The translations under genes were made by a program, and so were the position numbers. Positions 49,089 to 57,545 of a stretch of 64,000 nucleotides of DNA are shown piece by piece. The DNA is taken from NCBI GenBank assembly GCA_965243135.1, contig OZ251539.1:5696001-5760000 (forward strand), read 5' to 3'. This DNA comes from Alphaproteobacteria bacterium (GTDB taxonomy: Bacteria; Pseudomonadota; Alphaproteobacteria; MPNO01; UBA830). A model generated the notes under the pieces. The model did no database searches. It worked only from the letters and a program-made list of their open reading frames with translations, and was not told where the DNA came from. Numbering within the stretch: position 1 is the first letter of the stretch; each line of letters opens with the position of its first letter.

Positions 49089-49706
49089 AAACGCCGTCGT
49101 TCGCGGCCCATACATGCAAAGCTCCATCCGTGGAGAGGCTTTCTTTCTCGATAACTTAGGAAAAGTCGCGACGCGCGAGCAACTAATACAGGTGGCGATC
49201 GATCCGAAAACCGGGCGGATCCCTGAGAATTGGCATCAACGATTATCGGAGCTTCGGACAGATCTGAGCTATACCATCCTGTCGTGGCGCAACCGGGGCG
49301 ATCTGCGGGTGAGCGAATACATGATGCCCAACTCAGAGCGCCGCTCCACCTCTGCCCGCCGCGCTCGTCCTAGCGCCCTCACTTGGGAAAGGGTTCTGGA
49401 ACGCCACGATTATCGTTGTACTTGGGAGGAGGACGGCGTTACCTGCGGGTTACGGAATGGCGACGCGGACCCGATTGGCGGCGGAACGGTTAAATTGACG
49501 CCCGATCATCGCATCTCGCATGCGTTGCACGCGGAAACCGATCCAGGAGACTCCGAAAAGTGGCGCCCCTTACGCCATCAAGTCATGAAGAAGAACTATT
49601 GGGATGACGAGACCGGATGGCTCAATGTCATGGCCAGTCTGCCTCCGAGGTCGAGAAGCGTCAAGTTTTGGAATTTTTGAAGACGTATTTCACGGAAACG
49701 ACATGA
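49078..49706 (+). pseudogene. R.KpnI-like HNH restriction endonuclease, damaged
   Basis: NLGKV.TR..DPKTG..PENWHQRLSELRTD..YTILSWR; DPIGGGTVKLTPDH; RHQVMKKNYWD match R.KpnI as I recall it; CG of LCGRHQ missing; C-terminus frameshifted. Confidence 0.8.
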
Positions 49707-50137
49707 CAAGGCGAATCGATTGCTATTGATTTGAGCCTTCCAGGCTGAAAAATGCCGGATTTGAGGTCCGAGTGGCGTGACGATAGAAGTTCCTGCTGGA
49801 GTTCTGCAAGCGCCGCGCACCGCATCGGGGGTCGAAAGTCTGGAGCCGCAAGGGTTTAGAGCCGTCGCCGCGCTTGAGCGCGACGACCGGACCACGAGCG
49901 CATTCCACATCTCCTTCCGAGCGCGACAGGCAACAAAGCGGAGGGTGCCGGGCAAGCGGCCGGCAACGAACTTGCGCGATCCGCAGAACGGACAGTCGGG
50001 GTCGTGTTCGAAAAGATGGTGCAACCGCTATATTTTACGGCTCGCTGGCGCGTGATGGTTTGTCCTTTAGTATTACGTCGTGCATTCTCCAATCTGAACC
50101 TGGATTTGGATCCGGGACAAAGGGCTCGAATTCATCC

Positions 50138-52105
50138 ATGGGCGCGATTCTTCCGATAAACCTCGACAACCTCCTCCACTGTCGCAGTGTGGAGTCGGAA
50201 CGGGTGGAGTTCGAAGGATCGTGGGATCCGCGGACGACAGGGCCCCAAGTGCTCAGGACGATCTGCGCGTTCGCCAATGACTATCACAACCTGAACGGCG
50301 GCTACGTCGTCATCGGCGTCGAGGAGCAGGCCGGACGTGCGGTCTTGCCTCCTTCCGGTCTGTCCGCCGGGGAGATCGAGACCGCGCGGAAATGGGTCCG
50401 CGGCAACTGCAACCGGCTCGACCCTCCCTATCACCCCATTTTGTCGCCCGAGACCGTCGGAGATCGACTTATCCTGGTAGTGTGGGCCCCGGCGAGCGAG
50501 ATGAGGCCCCATCGTGCGCGCGGGATCGGCGGCGAGCGATTCTGGGTGCGTCTCGGCTCCGAGACCGTCGACGCCGAACGGCGCGGCGGTCTGCTTCGCG
50601 GCGTCGTCGAGCAGACCGCGCGCGTGCCTTGGGACGATCGCCGGGCGCCCGATGCTCAAGTCGAAGATCTGCGCGGAGCAAAGGTCCGCGAATACCTGCG
50701 AGATGTACGCAGCGGGCTCCTCGACGAACCGAGCGAAGAGAACGTTTATCGGCGCATGCGCATAACGATGAAAGTTAATGATCGCGAAGTCCCCCGGAAT
50801 GCGGGCCTCCTGTTCTTTTCGAAAGATCCCGCGGAGTGGTTTCGAGGGGCGAAGATCGAAGTCGTGCAGTGCGCCGCGGATCGGGCCGGGGATGTGCAGG
50901 AGGAACGGATCTTCGGTGGCGCGCTCGTGGATCAGCTTCGCGACTGCTTGAATTATCTTGAAAACTTTTCGGCGTTTCATCTGCAAAAGCAGCGGCATCG
51001 GAGCCAGGTTCGCGGTTGGGTCAGCTATCCGCTTCCGGCCCTCCGCGAAACCCTCGTCAACGCGGTCTATCACCGCGGCTACGATGTCGACCAGCCCGAA
51101 CCTACCAAAGTCTATCTCTATCCGGACCGCATTGAGGTCATCAGCTACCCGGGACCGGTTGCGGGAATCGAAGCCCGACACCTGCTTCCCGACGCGGAAG
51201 TTCGGGCCGCGCCTGCCCGCAATCGCCGCATCGGAGAATTTCTGAAGGAGCTGGGGCTTGCGGAGGGACGACTCACCGGACTGCGGAAGGTGTTTCAGGC
51301 GATGGAAACCAATGGCTCTCCGTCGCCCCGATTCGATTTCGACGAGCAGCGGACTTACTTCCAGGCCACGTTGCCGGCCCATCCGGAATATGGGGCGCTG
51401 TCGGCGCTGCGGGACGCGGCCCATCTAAAGGCATTGGGAGATCAAAGAGAAGCTCTCCGTCGCGTTGAGTCCGCGTGGACGTCCAACCGAAGTTCGGCGA
51501 TCCTCGCGTCCGAGATGGTGCGGGCGTATGCGGAAAGCGGCGAGTTGGAGCGTGCCGAGGAAGTCCTGAAAACCTTCGAGGCGCAAGGGCCGGAGAGCGC
51601 GGTTTCCTGCGTCGCGAATGCGATGATCGAGGCGCTCGCGGACGCGGGCGACGAAAGCGGAGCTCGGCGGTTGCTCAGGAAGAGCCGTCCCGTATTGTTC
51701 GGCCGGGACGCTATAGACGCTGCTATCCTGGCCCGGCGCGTCAAAGACTCCCGCGCCGCGCACCGGTATTTCGAGCGCGCCGACGATGCCGTATATGCCG
51801 ATTCTCGGGCGCTGCTTGAGTTCGCGCAGACCAAGCTCTGGCTGGCGAACGAGGCCTACCGGCAACGTCGGCGCGATTCGAATCGACGGTTTCTCATGGA
51901 GGCTCGAGTGCTGCTGGAGCGCGCTATCCAGCTCGATGCATCGCCTGCGCGCCATGCCTGGGCGTGGCGCGAACTGGCGCGTGCGCTCAACTGGCTACGG
52001 GCTCCGGTCGGAGAGGTCGAAGGAGCCTATCGCGCGGCGATCGAGCTATTGCCGGACGAACGGAGATTTCGCAGAGAGATGGAGAGGGTGCTGGTTGCCA
52101 GATAG
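50138..52105 (+). CDS. AlbA_2 (Schlafen-like) + HATPase_c_4 protein with a helical/TPR-like C-terminus
   Basis: VESERVEF, ICAFAND..GGYVVIGV, YPLPALRETLVNAVYHR.Y, RNRRIGEFLKELGLAEGR.TG. Confidence 0.8.
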   Translation: MGAILPINLDNLLHCRSVESERVEFEGSWDPRTTGPQVLRTICAFANDYHNLNGGYVVIGVEEQAGRAVLPPSGLSAGEIETARKWVRGNCNRLDPPYHPILSPETVGDRLILVVWAPASEMRPHRARGIGGERFWVRLGSETVDAERRGGLLRGVVEQTARVPWDDRRAPDAQVEDLRGAKVREYLRDVRSGLLDEPSEENVYRRMRITMKVNDREVPRNAGLLFFSKDPAEWFRGAKIEVVQCAADRAGDVQEERIFGGALVDQLRDCLNYLENFSAFHLQKQRHRSQVRGWVSYPLPALRETLVNAVYHRGYDVDQPEPTKVYLYPDRIEVISYPGPVAGIEARHLLPDAEVRAAPARNRRIGEFLKELGLAEGRLTGLRKVFQAMETNGSPSPRFDFDEQRTYFQATLPAHPEYGALSALRDAAHLKALGDQREALRRVESAWTSNRSSAILASEMVRAYAESGELERAEEVLKTFEAQGPESAVSCVANAMIEALADAGDESGARRLLRKSRPVLFGRDAIDAAILARRVKDSRAAHRYFERADDAVYADSRALLEFAQTKLWLANEAYRQRRRDSNRRFLMEARVLLERAIQLDASPARHAWAWRELARALNWLRAPVGEVEGAYRAAIELLPDERRFRREMERVLVAR

Positions 52106-52184
52106 CAGTCGAACCCTGGTTCCCCGGTTTTTGAATCCACTTCGTCGCGGTAGTCGAGTCAGTCGCAATGTGGAGACCGTTGTT

Positions 52185-52290
52185 GGCGATTCACCCGCGA
52201 CTTCGGCGATTCCGTTTGCCGTTGCGGCGGCTTTGCCGGGGTCGTTGGCGAAATGGACGTAGCGGGCGTTGGACTTGGTCGACAGACTTG
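52185..52290 (-). pseudogene. Tyrosine recombinase/integrase C-terminal remnant
   Basis: ARYVHFANDPGKAAA..IAEVAG resembles the T.RYAHL..DP.K.AA tail of phage integrases. Confidence 0.45.
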
Positions 52291-52398
52291 GAACGCGGGC
52301 CGCGCCGAGATAACCGTTCCGCGGTCGGGCGTCGCGGCGTGAAGACGGACGGGGCGGCCCCTCAGCGTCACGCTCCCGAATTCTCGAACGACGCCGCG

Positions 52399-53358
52399 CT
52401 ATGCGGCGGCGTAGCGCGGCAAGAGCGTCTCGGCGTTGCCGCGGCGAACGGCATGGGCGCGCGCCGTTCCTGTCCAGGCGTCCAGCCCGGCGGTCTCCGA
52501 CGCCACCGCCTTTTCGGAGACGTACGGATAGTCGCTTCCGTAGAGGATGCGCGACGGGTCCGCGACGTCGTGAAGCGCAGCCAGCGGAGTTCCGTCGCCG
52601 GACAGCGCCGTGTCGAACCAGAAGCGCCGGATGCAGGCCAGCGCGCCTTCGGGATAATTGTCGCGGAAAGCGGTCGCCTCGTCGAAAATCGCGATCCGGT
52701 GAGCGAGGAACGGCAGCGTGCCGCCGCTGTGCGACAGGATGAACCGGATGTTCGGCCAGCGCGTCGTCACGCCGTTGAGGATCAGGTTGACCGCCGCTTT
52801 CGTCGTCTCGAACGGGTAGTCGATCAGCATGCGCGGGATATTCCAGCCCTGCGCCTCGGTTCCCGCCGGATAGCAGGGATGGACGAACGCCACGGCCGCC
52901 CGGCGGTCGAGTTCGGCGTAGAGCGGTTCGAAACCCCGGTCTCCGACGTAACGGTCGTCGACGCTTGTCAGCAGCGTGATGCCGTCGAGCCCGAGATCGT
53001 CCAGCGCCCGCGCTGTTTCGGCGAGCGCGGCGTCGATATCCGGCAGGGGCAGAAAAGCGAAGCCTCCGAAGCGGCCGGGACGGTCGCGCGCGAGACGGGC
53101 CAGATAATCGTTGCAACGGCGGGCCAGATCCCGCGTCTGCGCGATGTCGCCGAACCAGATGCCGGGCGAGGTGAAGGAAAGGACCGCGGCGTCGATGTCG
53201 TTGGCCTCCATCGCCGCAAGGCTCTTCTCCGGCGTCCATTCGGGAAAACCGCGATAGGCGGTGCCGGTGAAGCCGGCCCCGCGCTGCGCCTCGATATAGA
53301 ATGCGGGCAGAACGTGGTGATGCACGTCGATGCGGCCGGTCATGGCCTCTCCGGTCAT
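52399..53358 (-). CDS. Amidohydrolase_2 family protein (ACMSD/aromatic decarboxylase-like)
   Basis: IDVHHH, FVHP, DYPFETT, SHSGGTLP, FDTALS, YGSDYPY. Confidence 0.88.
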   Translation of the reverse strand: MTGEAMTGRIDVHHHVLPAFYIEAQRGAGFTGTAYRGFPEWTPEKSLAAMEANDIDAAVLSFTSPGIWFGDIAQTRDLARRCNDYLARLARDRPGRFGGFAFLPLPDIDAALAETARALDDLGLDGITLLTSVDDRYVGDRGFEPLYAELDRRAAVAFVHPCYPAGTEAQGWNIPRMLIDYPFETTKAAVNLILNGVTTRWPNIRFILSHSGGTLPFLAHRIAIFDEATAFRDNYPEGALACIRRFWFDTALSGDGTPLAALHDVADPSRILYGSDYPYVSEKAVASETAGLDAWTGTARAHAVRRGNAETLLPRYAAA

Positions 53359-54059
53359 ACGGATCGCGTCAGCCCGCCGTCGACCCGGATGTTCTGTCCG
53401 GTGATGTAGCCGGCTTCGTCCGACAGCAGGAAGGCGACGGTCTCGCCGACCTCGCTCGGGGAGCCGTAGCGGCGCGCCGGAATCGTCTCCGCGACCGAGC
53501 TGTCCGCCCCGTGGGTGTCGATGAAGCCGGGCAGGACGTTGTTCATGCGGATGCCCGAGGGTGCGTACTCGTCGGCGTAAAGTTTCGCGTACGCGGCGAC
53601 GCCGGCCCGGAACGTGGCCGAGACGGGATAGGCCGGACTCGGTTCGACCGCGGCGTAGGTCGTGATGTTGACGATCGCGCCCCCGCCCTGCTTCGCCATG
53701 ACGGGCGTCACCAGCCGGGCCATCCGGACGACGTTGAGCAGCACCATGTCGAGGCCGTTGCGCCAGTCCTCGTCCGAAATCTCGAGAAGGTTTCCGCGAG
53801 GCGCGAAGCCGCTGTTGTTGACCACCGAGTCGATCCGGCCGTGCGCCGCCATGGTCGCGTCGACGAGCGCGGCGAGGTCGTCCGCCTCCGTTACCGAGCC
53901 TCTGACCCCGATGGCGCCCAGTTCCTCCGCCAGAGCCTCGGCCGAACCGCCCGGAGACATCAGCGCGAGCGCATGGCCCCTTGCGGCCAGCGCGCGGGCG
54001 CAGGCGGCGCCCATTCCGCGTCCGCCGCCGGTGACGATCGCGACTTTGGCATCGGTCAT
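53355..54059 (-). CDS. Short-chain dehydrogenase/reductase
   Basis: TGGGRGMG, VVNNSG, NVLPGFID, YITGQNIRVDGG. Confidence 0.9.
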   Translation of the reverse strand: MTDAKVAIVTGGGRGMGAACARALAARGHALALMSPGGSAEALAEELGAIGVRGSVTEADDLAALVDATMAAHGRIDSVVNNSGFAPRGNLLEISDEDWRNGLDMVLLNVVRMARLVTPVMAKQGGGAIVNITTYAAVEPSPAYPVSATFRAGVAAYAKLYADEYAPSGIRMNNVLPGFIDTHGADSSVAETIPARRYGSPSEVGETVAFLLSDEAGYITGQNIRVDGGLTRSV

Positions 54060-54175
54060 TCCGCTTCTCCTCCTTGCCGTTTCAGGCGGCGAGCATAGCC
54101 GGGCAGGCCGTTTCCGAAAAGCGCCGGCGCGTCGCCGTTCGCTGCGGGCCGGCGCTCGCCGCCGCGTCTCGGCCG

Positions 54176-55477
54176 TCAGGGAAAGAGTTGTCCCGGAAGC
54201 CAGAGAGCGAGCTGGGGGAACAGCATCAGCAGCGCGATCAGCACGGCGTCCGCCACGAGAAAGGGCGCGATGCCGCGGAAGACGGTCGAGAGCGCGACGT
54301 TTTCCAGCTGGGCGCGGATGACGAAGATGTTCAGCCCCACCGGCGGCGTGATCAGGCCTACCTCCACGACCACCACCATCAGTACGCCGTACCAGACGGT
54401 GTCGTAACCGAGAGCGACGACGATGGGCAGAAAGACGGGAACCGTCACGAGGATGATCGCCACCGATTCGAGAACGCAACCCAGGACGATGTAGAAGGCG
54501 AGAATGATCAGGATGACCGCCCAAGGCGCCAGCGACAAGGCGTCGATGAGGTCGATCATCGCGTTCGGAAGCCGGGTCTGGACGACGAAATATGCGAATA
54601 TCCACGCCCCCGCGATGATGAACATCAGCATCGCGGTCGTGCGCAGCGTGTCCGCGAGGCAGTCGACGAAGCCCTTCCAGCCGAGTTTTCCGGTGCCGGC
54701 CGCGATGACGATGGCGGCGAACGAGGCGATGCCGGCCGCCTCGGTCGGACTGAACCAGCCGGTATAGATGCCGCCCACCGCCAGACCGAACAGCACGACC
54801 AGTTTCCACATGGCCAGGGAGGCGGCCAGGCGCTCGCGCCACGGCATGCGAGGGCCGGCCGGCGTCCATTCCGGACGCACGCGGGCGATGACCCAGATCA
54901 CGGCGACGAAAAGGAAGGTGAGAAGAAGTCCCGGAATCATTCCTGCGGCGAACAGGGCCGGCACCGATTCCTCGGCCGCCAGGGCGTAGATCACCATGAT
55001 CACCGAAGGCGGAATGAGAATGCCGAGCGTGCCGCCGGCGGCGACCGACCCGGTCGCGAGCCGCTCGTCGTAACCGTACCGGCGCATTTCCGGGACGGCG
55101 ATCCGGGTGAAGGTCGCCGCGGTGGCGAGCGAAGACCCGCTGATCGCCGCGAAGCCCGCGCAGGCGCCGATCGTCGCCATGGGAAGCGCGCCCCGCCGTC
55201 CGGCGAACAGGGCGTTGGCGGCGACGAACAATTCCTGCGACATGCCGGCGCGGGTCGCGACGGCGCCCATCAGGACGAAAAGAGGCAGGACCGAGAAGGC
55301 GTAACTCGAAAGAAAATAGGGAGTTTCTCCGAACACGATGAAGGCGCGCTCCCAGCCGTCGATCGCTGCGTATCCGACCAGGCCGGTCAAGCCCATCGCC
55401 GCGCCCAGGGGCACGCGGAGGAGCGTGAGCGCGACCAGGCCGAGAATGCCGAACGCGCCGATGAGTTGCGTCGTCAC
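54176..55477 (-). CDS. dctM: TRAP transporter large permease
   Basis: SGSSLATAA, GGTLGILIPPS, SPTEAAG, GLITPPVGLN. Confidence 0.92.
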   Translation of the reverse strand: MTTQLIGAFGILGLVALTLLRVPLGAAMGLTGLVGYAAIDGWERAFIVFGETPYFLSSYAFSVLPLFVLMGAVATRAGMSQELFVAANALFAGRRGALPMATIGACAGFAAISGSSLATAATFTRIAVPEMRRYGYDERLATGSVAAGGTLGILIPPSVIMVIYALAAEESVPALFAAGMIPGLLLTFLFVAVIWVIARVRPEWTPAGPRMPWRERLAASLAMWKLVVLFGLAVGGIYTGWFSPTEAAGIASFAAIVIAAGTGKLGWKGFVDCLADTLRTTAMLMFIIAGAWIFAYFVVQTRLPNAMIDLIDALSLAPWAVILIILAFYIVLGCVLESVAIILVTVPVFLPIVVALGYDTVWYGVLMVVVVEVGLITPPVGLNIFVIRAQLENVALSTVFRGIAPFLVADAVLIALLMLFPQLALWLPGQLFP

Positions 55478-55962
55478 GCCGGATCCCGGCGGCGCAGCGC
55501 CGCCCGCATGTCGCGCAGAAAAACCGCCGTGACGGCCAGGAACGAAGCCGCCACGCCGGTCAGGACGAGGCTGGCCTTCCAGATCACGGGATATTGCAGG
55601 TCGGCCGTAACTTCGTTGAATTCGACGAACTCGACGGCAGGTTCGACCATGTGAAACGCCAGCAGGCCCATGAAGACGACGGACGCGGCGACGCCGGTCA
55701 GCTTGAGCAGTTCGACTCCGCGCGGCGGCACGATCTGGTCGATCAACTCGATCGTGATGTGCCGGCCCCGCAGGAAAGCCTCCGGAATGGCGAGAAACGC
55801 GACGCCGGCAAGGAACAGCTCGACGATCTCGTAGGTGCCGAATATCGGCGCGTTGAAACCGGACCGCAGTCCCACGTCGAGCACGTTGATCGCGACCATG
55901 GCGATCAGAAGGATGGCGGCGGCGCGAGAAAGAAATCGCGCCGCCGCCAAGGCGAGGGACAT
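55474..55962 (-). CDS. dctQ: TRAP transporter small permease
   Basis: DVGLRSGFNAPIFGTYEIV, HITIELI; hydrophobic. Confidence 0.85.
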   Translation of the reverse strand: MSLALAAARFLSRAAAILLIAMVAINVLDVGLRSGFNAPIFGTYEIVELFLAGVAFLAIPEAFLRGRHITIELIDQIVPPRGVELLKLTGVAASVVFMGLLAFHMVEPAVEFVEFNEVTADLQYPVIWKASLVLTGVAASFLAVTAVFLRDMRAALRRRDPA

Positions 55963-55970
55963 GGCCGCCG

Positions 55971-56999
55971 CTATTCGCTTGCGTACTTCGCGGACAGCGC
56001 TTTCATCTTTCCGAAGACCTCGCGCGCCGGCAGGCCTTTTTTCTCGAGGCCGGCGATCTTGGCTTCGATCACCTTGTCGGCGGCCTGACGCATTCGCGCG
56101 TCGGCCTCGGCGCTCAACGGCACCGACTCGATGTTGATCTTCTTCATGTAGTCGGTGAACACGGGAAAATCGTCCCAGGTGAGGGTCGACATTTGAATCG
56201 CGTTGTCGCGCGACCCGAGGTCGTCGACCATGGCCCGCAGGTCGGCCGGCAGGTTGCCGTACGATTTTTCGTTCATGGCGAAGCCGAAACTGATCACCGA
56301 CACGAACATGTTCGTGTAGTACTTCACCAGCCCGCCGAGCTTGAAGGCGAAGATGCCCGAGGGATCGGTCACCACGCCGTCGATCGTCTTCTTCTGCAGC
56401 GATTCCGCCATCAGCGGAGCCGGCAGGCCGATGGGCAGGGCACCGAGGGACTTCATCATCGCCACGTCGGTCGGCGTCGGCGCGCGGTAGCGGCGCCCCT
56501 TGAGGTCGTCCACCGTCCGGATGGGAATCTGGGAATCGTAGATCCCCGACGGGCGGTTGAACACGATCCACAACGCTTTGGTTCCCTTGTGCTCGGCTGC
56601 GAGGTAGGGGGCCTTGAGGTCGTGCGCGACCTTCGCTCCGACAAGCGACCCCTTGAAGCCGGGCGGGAACAGGTACGGAGCGTGCGTGAGTTCGGTCAGC
56701 GGAAACCTGCCCGGGGTCGTGCCGTGCTGGAAGAACGACAGGTCGGCGACGCCCTTGCGCGCGAGGTCGTAATGCCGCGGCATCGGCCCCATCGAAGCGC
56801 CGTAGAACACTTCGAGGTTGAGGCGTCCGCCGCTTTTCTCGGCCAGCTCTTTTTGCTTCAACTCGAACCAGCGAGTGCTTGACGCCGCTTTCGGCGTGAA
56901 ATTCGCGACCTTGAGGGTATAGGTCTTCTGCGCGGTCGCGGAGCCTGCGGCGAGCATGCCAGCCGCCGCCGCAAGGGCGAGTGAACAGGATATGCGCAT
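55971..56999 (-). CDS. dctP: TRAP transporter substrate-binding protein
   Basis: Signal peptide, YDLARKGVAD, TPGRFPLTEL, DLKGRRYRAP, MNEKSY; GGAGG RBS. Confidence 0.9.
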   Translation of the reverse strand: MRISCSLALAAAAGMLAAGSATAQKTYTLKVANFTPKAASSTRWFELKQKELAEKSGGRLNLEVFYGASMGPMPRHYDLARKGVADLSFFQHGTTPGRFPLTELTHAPYLFPPGFKGSLVGAKVAHDLKAPYLAAEHKGTKALWIVFNRPSGIYDSQIPIRTVDDLKGRRYRAPTPTDVAMMKSLGALPIGLPAPLMAESLQKKTIDGVVTDPSGIFAFKLGGLVKYYTNMFVSVISFGFAMNEKSYGNLPADLRAMVDDLGSRDNAIQMSTLTWDDFPVFTDYMKKINIESVPLSAEADARMRQAADKVIEAKIAGLEKKGLPAREVFGKMKALSAKYASE

Positions 57000-57003
57000 C
57001 GGT

Positions 57004-57365
57004 ATTCCTCCCGTTTTGTCGCGGATCAGCGAGAGAGCGCCGGCCGGGCCTGTACGCTGTTCCGCAAGCCTGCTTGTCCAAGCCGTTAGACAGTCTGCCA
57101 TAATTCGGCGGGACGGCATAGCCGGACAGCGCCGCCCCTTTCGCCGCCGCGCGCGCGGCCGTCAGATGACGCCGACCCTTGATGCGCCTCGCAGAACTTT
57201 CGCCGCCGCGTGCGGGGCCGTCGGCCAGCGCGATGGCTTTCCGCGGTCGGCCAGTCCTGCCCGCTGTCCGGCATCTTCTCGACGGCTGGCGTTCCGTAGC
57301 CGACCGCCCACGTTGTCAGGGGTCCAGGTCCGTGCGGAGTGACGGAGGGGAAACAGGTCATTCCC
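57004..57365 (+). repeat. Diverged direct repeat copy 1 (copy 2 = 59462-59563 joined to 62410-62660 across the IS insertions)
   Basis: CGCGGATCAGCGAGAGAGCGCCGGCCGGGCCTGT..GCAAGCCTGCTTGTCCAAGCCGTTAG, then AGTCTGCCA.AATTCGGCGGG..GGCATCTTCTCGAC.GCTGGCGTTCCGTAGCCGAC..GGAGGGGAAACAGG. Confidence 0.8.
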
Positions 57366-57510
57366 GAACCGGCCGGCGGCCTCGGCCATGAGGCCCATGC
57401 CGACGCCGGCGGCGCTGCCCGTGCGCCTCCTTCTCCTGCCGGTCGAGCTGGCGGATGGCGTCGCCGAGCTGGGCGCGGACGCGCAGGACGAGGCGTTAAT
57501 GACGCTCTCC

Positions 57511-57539
57511 TTGACGGCTTCGGGGCGGCGGCCTACCCT
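57511..57539 (+). promoter_or_regulatory. sigma70-type leaderless promoter of paralog E
   Basis: TTGACG-17nt-TACCCT-6nt-ATG. Confidence 0.6.
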
Positions 57540-57545
57540 TTTCGG

